A DNA stretch of 63,997 bases, filler included, from Licmophora abbreviata (lineage: Eukaryota): NCBI GenBank assembly GCA_900291995.1. It is 17 parts of 17 records of this genome, joined end to end, with 100 filler letters (N's around TTAATTAATTAA, not from the genome) between each part and the next. Parts side by side here need not be neighbours in the genome. Positions count along the whole stretch, not along the records: positions 31,715 to 33,468 come from OLMU01002252.1; positions 33,569 to 38,122 come from OLMU01002254.1; positions 38,223 to 41,168 come from OLMU01002257.1; positions 41,269 to 43,044 come from OLMU01002258.1; positions 43,145 to 44,455 come from OLMU01002259.1; 12 more parts are not named here. One strand, 5' to 3'. The notes beneath the pieces are model-generated. The model saw only the letters and a list, made by a program, of their open reading frames with translations, was not told the DNA's origin and did not search any database. The position numbers were made by a program, and so were the translations under genes. Of the stretch, positions 31,745 through 43,655 are shown in pieces. Each line of letters starts with the position of its first letter. The stretch's first letter is position 1.

Positions 31745-33468
31745 TCAAGCATCCTTGGCGACCTGCTTTTTCTTGCGCTCGGCCACGACCTTTTCGGCAA
31801 GATCGCGGGCAATGGCGAAGGCGCCCTTGATCTTGTCGCTTTCCTTGCCCCAATCACGCCGCACGACGATCTTGTTGTCCTTCACCTTGGCCAGACCCTT
31901 CTGGTCGCGGATGAAATCCACCAGCCCCTCGGGCGTGGCGAACTTGTCGTTGTGGAACTGGATCGTCGCCCCTTTCGGCCCGCCATCCAGCTTGGATATA
32001 CCCGCCTTCTTGCACATCGCCTTGATACGCACGATCAGCAACAGGGTATTCACTTCGCGGGGCAGCTTGCCGAACCGGTCGATCAACTCAGCGGCAAAAC
32101 CTTCCAGCTCGACCTTGCTGCTCAACCCGCTCAGTCGGCGATAGAGGCCAAGGCGCACATCCAGATCGGGCACATACTCTTCAGGGATCAGAACCGGCAC
32201 GCCCAGATTGATTTGCGGCGCCCACTGCCCATCATCTTCGGTCAGCCCTTCCAACTCACCGGATTTGATCTTGGCGATCGCCTCTTCGAGCATCGATTGA
32301 TAGAGCTCATAGCCCACATCGCGCATCTGCCCGGACTGTTCCTCGCCCAAAAGATTGCCCGCACCGCGAATGTCCAGATCCTGACTGGCCAGCGTGAATC
32401 CCGCCCCAAGCGTGTCCAGCGACCCCAGAACTCGCAGGCGCTTTTCGGCAGCCGGCGTCAGCCGCGCGCGCGGCCGCGTGGTCAGATAGGCATAGGCCCG
32501 CGTCTTCGAGCGTCCGACCCGGCCCCTGATCTGATACAGCTGGCTCAGCCCGAACATGTCGGCGCGGTGAATGATCATCGTGTTGGCCGTCGGAATATCC
32601 AGCCCCGACTCCACGATCGTCGTGGCCAGAAGCACGTCATACTTGCCGTCGTAAAACGCGTTCATCCGGTCATCCAGTTCGCGCGCGGCCATCTGGCCAT
32701 GCGCGATGACATAGGACACTTCCGGCACCTGCTCGGACAGGAACGCCTCGATCTCCGGCAGGTCGTCGATGCGCGGCACCACGAAAAAGCTTTGTCCGCC
32801 CCGGTAATGCTCCCGCAGTAGCGCCTCTCTGATGGTCACCGGATCGAACTCGCTCACATAGGTCCGGATCGACAGCCGGTCGACAGGCGGCGTGCCGATG
32901 ATCGACAGATCCCGCACGCCGGATAGCGACAATTGCAGCGTACGCGGGATCGGCGTTGCCGTCAGCGTCAGCACATGCACATCCGAGCGCAACTGCTTGA
33001 GCCGCTCCTTATGCGCCACGCCAAAGCGTTGCTCCTCGTCGATGACAAGCAGCCCGAGGTTCTTGAACCGGATGTTCTTGGCCAGAAGCGCATGGGTGCC
33101 CACCACGATATCCACAGTGCCACTGGCCAATCCCTCGCGCGTGAGGTTGGCGTCACGTTGCGAGACGAACCGCGACAATGGCCGCACCGTGACCGGAAAA
33201 CCCCGGAACCGTTCGGCAAAGCTCTGGTAATGCTGGCGCGCCAGCAGTGTGGTCGGCGCCACAACCGCCACCTGCACCCCCGACATCGCCGCCACGAAGG
33301 CCGCGCGCATCGCGACTTCGGTCTTGCCGAATCCCACATCGCCACAGATCAGCCGGTCCATCGGGCGGCCGGCATCCAGATCGGCCAGAACATCCTCGAT
33401 GGCGCGCAACTGGTCATCGGTCTCGGTATAGGGGAATCGCGCCGAGAATTCCTCCCAGGCATGATGTT
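31745..33468 (-). CDS. mfd: Transcription-repair coupling factor, C-terminal part
   Basis: GDVGFGKTEVA, DEEQRFG, TATPIPRT, QIRGRVGRS, TRCF domain. Confidence 0.96.
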
Positions 33469-33568
33469 NNNNNNNNNNNNNNNNNNNNNNNNNNNNNNNN
33501 NNNNNNNNNNNNTTAATTAATTAANNNNNNNNNNNNNNNNNNNNNNNNNNNNNNNNNNNNNNNNNNNN

Positions 33569-34285
33569 CTCATAAAGCGGGTCGTCGGTGCCCGCGGCGC
33601 CGAACTCGATCCGGTAATTCTGCCGAAACCGCGTGATCGCGGCATCGTCAAGGATCACCTCGCTGACCGGGGCCAGCTCGATCTGCTCCAGCTTGTCGGT
33701 GGTGCGCTGTGTCGCCGGATCGAAGCGGCGCAGGCCATCCAGCACGTCACCGAACAGATCCAGCCGCACCGGGCCTGTTTCCCCCGGCGGATAGATGTCG
33801 ATGATGCCGCCGCGCACCGCGTAATCGCCCGGCTCCATCACCGTGGGCGCCTGGCTGAAGCCCATACGCACCAGAAACGCCTTGAGCCCCGCCTCGTCGA
33901 TGCGCTGGCCCACCCGCGCGATGAAGGCCGCCTCTTTCAGAACCTCGCGCGCCGGCACGCGCTGCGTTGCCGCGTTGAGCGTGGTCAGCAACACGAAATG
34001 GCGCGGCATCCCGTGGATCAGCCCCGCCAGCGTCGCCATCCTCGCCGCCGAGATATCAGGATTGGGCGAGATCCGGTCATAGGGCAGGCAATCCCAGCCC
34101 GGAAAGCGGATCACCGGCATATCGGGCGCGAAGAAACGCAGCGCGTCGGCCATCGCCGCCAGCCGCTTGTCGTCGCGCGCCACATGGGCCACCGGCGCGT
34201 CGCGCCGCTCGACCTCGTTCAGAATGAGGCGCGCGTCGAAACCCTCGGGCGCGCCGCCTATGGTGATGTGATCGGATCCGCTCAT
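33569..34285 (-). CDS. mfd: Transcription-repair coupling factor, N-terminal part
   Basis: FPGWDCLPYDRISP, GDYAVRGGIIDI, RRFDPATQRT. Confidence 0.93.
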
Positions 34286-34339
34286 GCCCTGCCCGATACA
34301 ATCAGCTTGCGCAGGGTGCAACCGCCGCTATGTGCCGCC

Positions 34340-34879
34340 TCAGCCACCCAGAACGCCGATGGTCATGTTCTGCAACATGCCCCACATCGCCGTCACGAAG
34401 ATCGAGATCATGCCGATCACCTGCGTCAGCAGCCGGTGGCGATAGAGCTGCTTGTAAAGCGCCTCGCCCTCCAATGCGCGCACCTTGATCTTCTGGGCGG
34501 TCCGCAAGGACAACAGCCCCACGATACTCATCGGAAAGCCCAGCAGAAACAGCGCCTGCGCGAATTCCTTGTGATAGACAAAGCCCAGCAGGAAGGCGAC
34601 CGTGATGGTGAAACACACGAACGCCGCCAGCAACAACCCGGATTCCCGCGCGATATAAAGAATGCGATTGGCGTTGATGCGCACCAGATCATGCAGGTCG
34701 ATCACGGTTTGCGCGTCCTCCGGGCCCTTGGCCTTACGCGCCCGGATCACCACGTCCCAAGGCACGCCAAGCACCCAATGACTTGTCGATGACCACAGCA
34801 CCGCAAGGGCAATCCAGAACCACAGATTGCTGAAACTGCGCATGTCGATGAGTTCGAAAACGGTCTCGTACCAATCCAA
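34340..34879 (-). CDS. Conserved membrane protein
   Basis: IDMRSFSNLWFWI, several TM helices; probable TTG start. Confidence 0.75.
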   Translation of the reverse strand: MDWYETVFELIDMRSFSNLWFWIALAVLWSSTSHWVLGVPWDVVIRARKAKGPEDAQTVIDLHDLVRINANRILYIARESGLLLAAFVCFTITVAFLLGFVYHKEFAQALFLLGFPMSIVGLLSLRTAQKIKVRALEGEALYKQLYRHRLLTQVIGMISIFVTAMWGMLQNMTIGVLGG

Positions 34880-34998
34880 TAGATCATTCCACCTTAATTC
34901 GCCGAACAGTCTTAGCGCCGGCCTCGGGCAATTCCTACCCTTGAGATGCGCGAATTTACGTGCCACTCAAGGAACATAGTTTTCTTCAGGACAGGTCC

Positions 34999-36003
34999 AT
35001 GAAACCCACCCAAGCCGCCTTTCCCGCCACCCGCCTGCGCCGCACACGGTCCACCCCCGCCATCCGCGCCCTTGTTGCGGAAAACACGCTGACCCCGGCC
35101 GATCTGATCTGGCCGGTCTTCGTGCGCGAGGGCGACGGCGTCGAAGAGCCGGTCCCCTCGATGCCCGGCGTGATGCGCCGCAGCGTCGACAAGGTGGTCG
35201 AGGCCGCGCGCGAAGCGCATGATTTGGGCATTCCCGCCATTTGCCTCTTTCCCTATACGGGCGCGGCGAACCGCACCGCCGATTGCGCCGAAGCCTGGAA
35301 CCCCGACAACCTGTCCAACCGCGCAACGCGCGCGATCAAGGACGCGGTGCCCGATATCGTCGTGATGACCGATGTGGCGCTCGATCCCTACTCGGATACC
35401 GGCCATGACGGATTTGTGGTGGATGGCGAGATCGTCAATGACCAGACCGTCGAGGCCCTTGTGCGTCAGGCGCTGTCACAGGCGCAGGCCGGGGTCGACA
35501 TCATCGGCCCCTCCGACATGATGGATGGCCGGATCGGCGCGATCCGCACCGCGCTCGAGGCCGAGGGCCATCAGAACGTCATGCTGCTCAGCTATGCCGC
35601 GAAATACGCCAGCGCCTTCTACGGTCCGTTCCGCGATGCCGTGGGCGCATCAGGCGCGCTGAAGGGCGACAAGAAGACCTATCAGATGAACCCCGCCAAT
35701 ACCGACGAGGCGCTGCGCTGCGTGGCCCGCGACCTGGCCGAGGGCGCCGATATGGTCATGGTCAAGCCGGGCATGCCCTATCTGGATATCTGCCGCCGCG
35801 TGAAGGACGAATTCGCCGCCCCCACCTTTGCCTACCAGGTGTCGGGCGAATACGCGATGATCCAGGCCGCGGCGATGCAAGGCTGGATCGACGGCGAGCG
35901 CGCGATGATGGAAAGCCTGATGGCCTTCAAGCGCGCGGGCTGCGACGGGGTGCTGAGTTATTTCGCTCCGGCGGCCGCGCGTCTCATGCAGAACGGGCGG
36001 TAA
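34999..36003 (+). CDS. hemB: Porphobilinogen synthase
   Basis: DVALDPY, PSDMMDGR, YAAKYASAFYGPFRDA, MVKPG, AYQVSGEY. Confidence 0.97.
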   Translation: MKPTQAAFPATRLRRTRSTPAIRALVAENTLTPADLIWPVFVREGDGVEEPVPSMPGVMRRSVDKVVEAAREAHDLGIPAICLFPYTGAANRTADCAEAWNPDNLSNRATRAIKDAVPDIVVMTDVALDPYSDTGHDGFVVDGEIVNDQTVEALVRQALSQAQAGVDIIGPSDMMDGRIGAIRTALEAEGHQNVMLLSYAAKYASAFYGPFRDAVGASGALKGDKKTYQMNPANTDEALRCVARDLAEGADMVMVKPGMPYLDICRRVKDEFAAPTFAYQVSGEYAMIQAAAMQGWIDGERAMMESLMAFKRAGCDGVLSYFAPAAARLMQNGR

Positions 36004-36124
36004 GCCGCGCGGGCGCAAGGCCAACGGGCGTTGAGGCGTGACATGCGGCGAGAACCGGCCTATACTTCGCATCACCGGCGCATAAGAAAACCGGATTGAT
36101 GTCAGGCAACGAACAGGCAACACC

Positions 36125-36685
36125 ATGAGCAAACTCACTCGACGCGCCTTCACGCTCGGCGCTATGGCAGGCACGCCCCTTCTGGCCGCCTGCGGCAACG
36201 GCGTAGGCTCCAACAACGCGCAGAAGATCGACGCCCGCGTCGACACGACGCTGAACTATCTTTACACCACATATCCCAATACCCGCGATCTGGCCTCGAA
36301 ATCGACCGGGATGCTGATCATGCCGCTGGTCACCGAAGCGGGCTTCCTGTTCGGCGGCGGCTATGGCCGCGGCGCGTTGCGGATCAACAACAGTACCGTG
36401 GATTATTATTCCGCCACCAAGGGCAGCGTCGGGCTGCAGATCGGCGCGCAGCAATTCGCCCATGTGCTGTTCTTCATGACCGAAGACGCGCTAGAGCGCT
36501 TCCGCCGGTCCTCGGGCTGGGTGGCCGGCGCCGATATCGAATACGTCTTCAATGATCGCGGCGAGAATATCCGCGCCGACACGACCACCAGCACGGCCCC
36601 CGTGGTCGCAGTGATCTTCGGTCAGGCGGGCGCCATGGCCGGCGCATCGCTCGAAGGCATCAAGTACACGCGCATCATCCCCTGA
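36125..36685 (+). CDS. Tat-exported lipoprotein, YSC84/SYLF-like
   Basis: TRRAF twin-arginine, LAAC lipobox, GGGYGRG, GLQIGAQ, GASLEGIKY. Confidence 0.85.
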   Translation: MSKLTRRAFTLGAMAGTPLLAACGNGVGSNNAQKIDARVDTTLNYLYTTYPNTRDLASKSTGMLIMPLVTEAGFLFGGGYGRGALRINNSTVDYYSATKGSVGLQIGAQQFAHVLFFMTEDALERFRRSSGWVAGADIEYVFNDRGENIRADTTTSTAPVVAVIFGQAGAMAGASLEGIKYTRIIP

Positions 36686-36730
36686 TCCGCCCCCGATACG
36701 CCCCTGATACGTCCGGTGGCAAGACAGACT

Positions 36731-36808
36731 TGGGGGCCCTGCCCCCGCCGTTGAAATCCCTCAAGGGGGATTTCAACGCCTCCCCCGGGATATTTCAGGC
36801 CGGAAGAA
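36731..36808. repeat. REP-like palindromic element / bidirectional terminator
   Basis: 12-bp stem CGTTGAAATCCC (36749-60) / GGGATTTCAACG (36767-78), flanked by GGGGG..CCCCC and CTCCCCCGGGATATTT, between convergent genes. Confidence 0.65.
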
Positions 36809-36824
36809 ACGCCAAGCGCGGCGC

Positions 36825-37094
36825 CTAATGCAGGGTAAATTCCCCGACGACCTGACGCCATTCCCCCGGAGCGATCAGTTTGCGATGGGTGAACTTGACC
36901 GAATGCAGCGGGCCGTCGATCTCGTCCTGCCAGAACTCCACGAATTTGAACAGGCGCGGATGATCGGGGGCCGTGTCGTAATCCTGCCAGATGAAGGTGT
37001 TCAGCACATGGGTGTAATCGGGCATGCGGTAATAGAATTCCGCCGTGGTCAGCCCGTAGCCTTTCAGCATCATTTCGGTCTCGCTCATCACCAT
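36825..37094 (-). CDS. usg: Usg family protein
   Basis: GYGLTTAEFYYRMPD, WQDYDTAPDHPRL, DGPLHSV. Confidence 0.85.
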   Translation of the reverse strand: MVMSETEMMLKGYGLTTAEFYYRMPDYTHVLNTFIWQDYDTAPDHPRLFKFVEFWQDEIDGPLHSVKFTHRKLIAPGEWRQVVGEFTLH

Positions 37095-37297
37095 GGATCT
37101 GCTCCTGTTGGTCGCCGTTTCTTGATTGTATGAGAATCATGCCTGAAAAATTTTACTTTTCAATAAAAACAGTGTGTTAGCACATGCATATGCTGGCTGC
37201 CAAAGGCGGGCGGGAACAGGCATTGCACCCAATATCCGCGCTCTGATATAGTTCTGACACCAATATCTAGAGCATACAGGACAGGACGGGCCAGCAC

Positions 37298-38122
37298 GTG
37301 AACGATACGCCGCAACCACCTGAAGACATGGAAGAAAATACTCCAGAGCGTCCGCAATACGGCGGGCCGACGATTTCGATCGAGGACGAAATGAAGACGT
37401 CCTATCTGGATTACGCCATGTCGGTGATCGTCAGCCGGGCGATTCCCGATCTGCGCGATGGTCTGAAGCCGGTGCATCGCCGCATCCTTTATGCGATGCA
37501 CGAAGGCGGCAATACGCATGACAAGCCCTATCGGAAATCGGCCCGTGCTGTGGGCGATGTGATGGGCAAATACCACCCCCATGGCGACAGTGCGATCTAT
37601 GACGCGCTGGTGCGCATGGCACAGGATTTCTCGATGTCGCTGCCGCTGCTGGACGGCCAGGGCAATTTCGGCTCCATGGATGGCGATAACGCCGCGGCGA
37701 TGCGCTATACCGAAGTGCGCATGGACAAGCCCGCGGCGGCCCTGCTGGCCGATATCGAGAAGGACACCGTCGATTTTCAGGACAATTACGACGGCAAGGA
37801 TCTCGAACCCACCGTTTTGCCAGCGCGGTTTCCCAACATGCTGGTCAATGGCGCAGGCGGCATCGCCGTCGGCATGGCCACCAATATCCCGCCGCATAAC
37901 CTTGGCGAAGTCTGTGATGCCACGCTGGCACTGATCGAGAATCCCGATCTCGGTTCGGAAGACCTGATCGACTACATCCCCGGGCCGGACTTTCCCACCG
38001 GCGGCATCATGCTGGGCCGCTCGGGCGCGCGAAAGGCCTATATCGAGGGTCGCGGCAGCGTCGTGGTCCGGGCGAAAACCCGGATCGAGGAGATCCGCAA
38101 GGACCGCTATGCCATCGTCATC
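37298..38122 (+). CDS. gyrA: DNA gyrase subunit A (5' part)
   Basis: [35 protein letters not shown]. Confidence 0.95.
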
Positions 38123-38372
38123 NNNNNNNNNNNNNNNNNNNNNNNNNNNNNNNNNNNNNNNNNNNNTTAATTAATTAANNNNNNNNNNNNNNNNNNNNNN
38201 NNNNNNNNNNNNNNNNNNNNNNGATGGTGCATGACCATGTGGGTCAGGCGGATATGGCGCTCTATCGCCCCTTCCCCGATCCCGAACGCGCCGAACGCGT
38301 GGCGCTCATCTGATGGTCCTGTCCGTCAGCACGGCCTGTGTACCGGCAGTTTTGCGCGCGCGTCTCCCGGAC

Positions 38373-39590
38373 TCACAGGGTCTCCACCGTTCCGGTCACC
38401 CCCACGAGTGTGCCCAGAAGCCCCAGGATCGAACGCACCGCCGAGACCGGCGATTCCGTCGCAAGCAAGGTGTCGCCGGGATGGATCTGGAACTGGCGCG
38501 CCGCGAACAGCCCGTCGGCACTGGTCAGATCCAGGGTGAACACCACCTGCCGCATGTCCGGCCCGGCCATGCCCGGTTTCAGGTCCTTTGCCTTGTAGTC
38601 GCGCAGCACCAGAATGCCTTTCGGATTGGCCCGCGACGCCTGCAGCCCGCCCATCACCGACAGCGCCTCCATGGCACTCATCGTATCGCGCTCGAAATAC
38701 ACCAGCTGCTGCGTGCCAGCGGCCCCCAGCACATTGAAACTGCGGTCATCCTCGATGATCGTGATCTGGTCGCCACCGCGCAGACGCACGTTGCGGGCGG
38801 GCGCGCGCAGCAAGTCGGCCGCCAATATGTCATATCCCCGACCGTCGCGCTGCAAGCGCACCAGCGGGTTGCGCAGCCCCGGATCGATGCCACCGCCTTG
38901 CGCGATCACGCTCAGGATCGTCGTGGCGCGGCTGTCGAGCGGATATCGTCCCGGCGACGCCACCCCGCCCACCAGATCGACCGCATTGTTGCGCCCCGGC
39001 ACCACGGAAAGCTGCACCTGCACCGACGGGGCGATCTCTTCCAGCCGCGATTGCAACACATTGCGCGCAGCCCCCGTGGTCATGCCGCGCACCTCTACAT
39101 CGCCCACATAAGGCACGAAAACTGCGCCATTTTCGGACACAGTCATCCGGGGCAGCTCGGTCATCTTGCTGCCGACCCCCGCAAGAAGCGAATTTTCCTG
39201 CGATTCCCAAACCGCCATCTCCAGCGTGTCACCGGTCAGGATCACGCCCGAATCCGGGCCTGTGTCCTTGGGCAGCCAATGATAATGCCCGGACCAGCCC
39301 GTGACGGGCCATTGCGCCAACTGCGGTGTGGTCTCGCGGGTCACCGCGACCACCTGAAAACCGGGCGTTTCGGACTGTTGTTCCGTCAGGATCTCGGATT
39401 GCAGCGCCGCACCGCGCGGCAGCGCGCATGCCGACAAAAGAACCGCGCAGACAAGCTGCATCACAACCAACCGGATCCGACCCAAGGCACTCACCCCAAA
39501 CACATGCTCACCACGGCACAATCTTAGACACCGCAGAACCGCAAATGAAACCCTCTTTAGTTGTCCCCGCTTGGAGCGATCCTCGACCAT
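38373..39590 (-). CDS. Polysaccharide export lipoprotein (Wza-like); start uncertain
   Basis: LSAC lipobox, GDTLEMAVWE, FVPYVG, SLBB repeats. Confidence 0.88.
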   Translation of the reverse strand: MVEDRSKRGQLKRVSFAVLRCLRLCRGEHVFGVSALGRIRLVVMQLVCAVLLSACALPRGAALQSEILTEQQSETPGFQVVAVTRETTPQLAQWPVTGWSGHYHWLPKDTGPDSGVILTGDTLEMAVWESQENSLLAGVGSKMTELPRMTVSENGAVFVPYVGDVEVRGMTTGAARNVLQSRLEEIAPSVQVQLSVVPGRNNAVDLVGGVASPGRYPLDSRATTILSVIAQGGGIDPGLRNPLVRLQRDGRGYDILAADLLRAPARNVRLRGGDQITIIEDDRSFNVLGAAGTQQLVYFERDTMSAMEALSVMGGLQASRANPKGILVLRDYKAKDLKPGMAGPDMRQVVFTLDLTSADGLFAARQFQIHPGDTLLATESPVSAVRSILGLLGTLVGVTGTVETL

Positions 39591-39749
39591 GCCGGATATG
39601 TCACATCAGCCCTTGGTCCACCTGACCGGCTCGAAACGCCGCATCTGCTCTGCGCTGACAGGCCTAAGCCTTGTCAGCCAGTCGCGCCTACCCGCGTTCT
39701 TGAACGCTCAAACGCGCTTGTCGCAGGAGCGCCAAGGCATGGCCCCGGC

Positions 39750-40451
39750 ATGACGCCCGGCAAACGGATCTTCGATTTGCTCCTCGCGCTGGTCCTCGTG
39801 CTGGTGCTTTTGCCGGTGATGGGCCTCATCGCCGCGTTGATCGCGCTTTGCGACGGCAGGCCGGTGTTCCACCGCTCCGAGCGTATGAAAACGCTCGATC
39901 ATGGCTTCATCCTCTGGAAATTCCGCAGCATGCGCCCCAGTGCCGAACCCGATGGGGCCACCGGGGGCGACAAGGCCGCGCGCATCACGCCCTTGGGCCT
40001 CACCCTGCGCCGCACCCGGCTTGATGAACTGCCGCAGCTTTTCAACATCCTGCGCGGCGACATGAGCTTTGTCGGATCCCGCCCGCCCCTGCGCCGCCAT
40101 GTCAACGATCATCGCAGCCTCTATGCCCGCGTCCTGCGCAACCGCCCCGGTCTCACCGGCCTTGCGACACTGCGCTTTCACCGCATCGAGGACCGGCTGC
40201 TCTCGGCCTGCCGCACAGCGCATGAGACCGAGCATGTCTATGCCACCCGCTGCATCGCGCGCAAGGCGCGCCTCGATCTTCTCTGGGCGCGCCATACCAG
40301 CCTGCGGGTCGATCTGTGGATTTTGGTGCAAACCGTCTCGAGCCTCTGGCTCCGACCTGCCGTCACCCGGGATAAAGATCGCCGAATTTCTCTTCGAGAT
40401 AGGCCATCAGCGGCGCCGCCGACGGCGCCTGCCCGCCGCAGGCCCGGGTGA
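39750..40451 (+). CDS. Bacterial sugar transferase (polyprenyl glycosylphosphotransferase)
   Basis: KRIFD, KFRSM, LDELPQLFNILRGDMSFVG, RPGLTG. Confidence 0.88.
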   Translation: MTPGKRIFDLLLALVLVLVLLPVMGLIAALIALCDGRPVFHRSERMKTLDHGFILWKFRSMRPSAEPDGATGGDKAARITPLGLTLRRTRLDELPQLFNILRGDMSFVGSRPPLRRHVNDHRSLYARVLRNRPGLTGLATLRFHRIEDRLLSACRTAHETEHVYATRCIARKARLDLLWARHTSLRVDLWILVQTVSSLWLRPAVTRDKDRRISLRDRPSAAPPTAPARRRPG

Positions 40452-41908
40452 TCGTCTCGCGCGGGCTGTGCAAACCGCCATGCCGCTGCACCGCCGCACG
40501 CAGCCAATCCGTCGCCGGGGTCGGATCGCCCTGCGCCAGATGGTCGTCCAGATCCGGAACCGCGCGCCGCAACGCCTCGTGCAGGCACCCGGCATAGACA
40601 TTGCCCAGACTATAGGTCGGAAAATACCCGAACAGCCCCACCGACCAATGCACATCCTGCAGCACACCATGCGCGGGCCGGTCCACCGGATAGCCGAAAT
40701 CGGCGGCAAAGCGGTCGTTCCACGCCGCCTCCAGATCGCGCACCTGCAGATCGCCTGACACCAGCGCCCGCTCCAGATCAAAACGCAGCATGATATGCAG
40801 GTTATACTGCACCTCATCGGCCTCGGTCCGGATATAGCCCCGGTGCAGCCGGTTCACCGTGGCATAGAACGCATCCTCGTCCTGCACCCCGATCTCGCCA
40901 AAGGCATCCCGCATCCGCCCGTATAGAAAATGACAGAACGCCCGGCTCCGGCCCAACTGGTTCTCATAGATGCGGCTCTGGCTTTCATGCACGCCCATCG
41001 ACACGCCATGCCCCACCGGCGTCAGATGCCAGTCGCTGTCGATCCCCTGCTCGTAACAGGCATGACCGACCTCGTGGATCGTGGAATAGAGGCAATTGAA
41101 CGGATCATCCGCGCTTGTGCGCGTCGTGATCCGCGCATCATCCCCCGACCCCGACGAGAACGGATGCANNNNNNNNNNNNNNNNNNNNNNNNNNNNNNNN
41201 NNNNNNNNNNNNTTAATTAATTAANNNNNNNNNNNNNNNNNNNNNNNNNNNNNNNNNNNNNNNNNNNNAATCATAGCCGAACCTTTCGGCCAGTTCGCGC
41301 GACAGCCGCATCTGCGCCGCCTCATCGAACGTGCCACGGATCGCCCTCAGCTCCGGCCCCTCCAGCGCGCGCAACCGCAGCCGCACCAGCCCCTCGCGCA
41401 TCTCGTCGAACATCGCCTGCAACTCGGCCGCCGTCGCCCCCGGCTCGAACGCATCGAGCAGCGCATCATAGACATCGCCGCCCCCGGCCAGGGCCGCCCC
41501 TTCCTCGCGCTTGAGCGTCAGAACCTCGGTCAGGACCGGGGCGAAGGCCGCAAAATCATTGGTCTCGCGCGCTTCGGCCCATACGCCTTGCGACCGGCTG
41601 GTCAGCCGCGCCAGCGCCGTGGCCAGATCGGCCGGCACGCGCACCGCGCGCTCGTAACTCCGCCGGATCAGCCGCAGCTGTGCCGCCCCCGCCTCGTCCG
41701 GCGCCTGCGCCCGCGCCAGCCAGTCGGCCACCCTCGGATCGGTGCGCCGCGCGTGCAGCACACTTTCCATGGCGCCCATTTCCTCGGCCCGTTGCGCGCC
41801 CGCGCCGCGCGGCATGACCGTTTCCTGATCCCATGACAGCCGGCCCGCCACCTGCGCCAGCGCCTCGGTCTCGCGGGTGAACGCCATCAGATCATCGAAC
41901 GCCGCCAT
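40363..41908 (-). CDS. M32 carboxypeptidase (split by gap 41169-41268)
   Basis: WDQETVMP, HPF, HEVGH, HESQS, IRTEADE, QDVHW, GYFPTYSLG. Confidence 0.93.
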
Positions 41909-41911
41909 ATC

Positions 41912-43044
41912 TTACCCTCTTACGGATTGCGCCAGCGGATACAGGCTCAGGAACCGTGCCCGCAGGATCAACACCCATAATAGCACAGCCAGAAGTTGAT
42001 GCACGATAGCAACCTGCCATGCGGCAATGTAAAGAACAGTGACGATTCCAAGCACGATTTGCCCGCATAGCGCGATAAAGGCCGCGTTGAAGGCTGTCCG
42101 CGTCGCCGCGTTGGCGCTGCGCCGCCCCTTCAGCCAGACCACGACAGAAAAGGCCAAAAGCACATAGCCCACCGTGCGATGCACGAATTGCACCAGTCCG
42201 GGGTTCTCGAAGAGGTTCCGCCAGCCCAGATCGGCCATCCAGAAATCAGGCGGCAGGATACCCCCCGCCATCAGCGGCCAGTCGGTATAGCTGCGCCCGG
42301 CATCGATCCCGGCGACCAGCGCACCGATCAGGATCTGCACAAAGGCGAAATGCAGCCAGCCGGTCGACAACCCATAAAGCTTGCCTTCCTTGCCGCGCCT
42401 TGCCTGCAACAGCTCGCGCTCCTCGCGGCCAAGCGCCATCACATACCACGCGATCAGGCCCAGAATGACAAAGGCCAGCCCCAGATGCGTTGCAAGCCTG
42501 TACGAGGCCACATCGAGCATCTCGCCTTGCAGCCCCGAACTGACCATCCACCAGCCGATCGCGCCCTGCGCGCCGCCCAGAACCCCAAGGAAAAACAGCC
42601 GCCCGGTCCAGCCCGGCGGGACTTGCCGCGTCGCCAGGAACCCGAAAAAGCCCGCGGCCCAAACCAGCCCGATCACCCGCCCAAGCTGCCGGTGGCCCCA
42701 TTCCCACCAATAGATCACCTTGAACTCGGCCATGCTCATGCCCTTGTTCTGCAACTGGTATTCGGGGATCTGCCGGTATTTCTCCAACTCGACATCCCAT
42801 TCGGCCGCAGACATCGGAGGCAGCGCGCCGGTCACCGGCTTCCATTCGGTGATGCTCAGCCCGCTATCGGTCAAGCGCGTCAGTCCGCCCACCCCGATCA
42901 TCAGCACCACAAGCGCAAAGAGCACGATGAGCCATGCCCGCACGAGCCCGCGCGCACCCCTTCGCCCGGCGTCGATCATGCCGCCCTTCGGCCCCTCAGG
43001 CCGCGGCCCGGCCTCGGCTACATCTTCGAAAATGCTGCGTTTTT
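41912..43044 (-). CDS. ctaA: Heme A synthase (5' end in gap)
   Basis: GGLTRLTDSGLSITEW, WEWGHR, RLATHL, QFVHR. Confidence 0.93.
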
Positions 43045-43144
43045 NNNNNNNNNNNNNNNNNNNNNNNNNNNNNNNNNNNNNNNNNNNNTTAATTAATTAA
43101 NNNNNNNNNNNNNNNNNNNNNNNNNNNNNNNNNNNNNNNNNNNN

Positions 43145-43180
43145 CAGCACAAAGGCGGGCTGTGGAGTGTCGGTTGGCAT
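43145..43180 (-). CDS. First 12 codons of a gene, possibly a TrmJ-type RNA methyltransferase
   Basis: GAGG RBS then MPTDTPQPAFVL before the gap; product inferred from a very short stretch. Confidence 0.35.
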
Positions 43181-43306
43181 GGTGATCTCTCCTCGCGGCT
43201 CTGCGGCTCTCATAGCCGGGCCGTCACAGGCTGAAAAGCCCCGGCTCCCGCCTTCCGGCCTGCCGCGCAACGCGCGCCCTGGTTCACCGATGGCCTGACC
43301 GGCCCC

Positions 43307-43350
43307 GATACCGACGCGATACCGACGTGATACTGACGCGATACCGAAGC
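43307..43350 (+). repeat. 4 x 11-bp tandem repeat (GATACCGACGY family), copy 1
   Basis: GATACCGACGC GATACCGACGT GATACTGACGC GATACCGAAGC. Confidence 0.9.
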
Positions 43351-43397
43351 GGTTTTGCGCCGTTAACCAAGGCAAAACCGGGTGATTCGACGACCCG

Positions 43398-43655
43398 TTA
43401 ACGATCGGGTGGCGCCGCGCGGTCCTTGTCCCTGTCCTCGGGCACCGGATCATAGCCGCACCCGCCCCAGGGGTTGCACCGCAGGATGCGCCTCAGCGCC
43501 AGCCACCCGCCCTTGATCCCGCCATGGGTCTCAAGCGCCTCGAGCGCATATTGGCTGCAGGTCGGCTGATAGCGGCAATTATGCCCGACCCATGGCGAAA
43601 AGATCAGCCTATAGGCCTTGACCGGCCATGACAGAATACGCGCCAGCGGTGTCAT
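43398..43655 (-). CDS. yidD: Membrane protein insertion efficiency factor
   Basis: [28 protein letters not shown]. Confidence 0.93.
   Translation of the reverse strand: MTPLARILSWPVKAYRLIFSPWVGHNCRYQPTCSQYALEALETHGGIKGGWLALRRILRCNPWGGCGYDPVPEDRDKDRAAPPDR

Noticed and set aside
43307..43350. 11-bp arrays as a CRISPR
   Set aside because: Units are too short, with no spacers and no cas genes
43361..43403. TTAAC half-sites as a CtrA box
   Set aside because: No TTAA-N7-TTAA spacing
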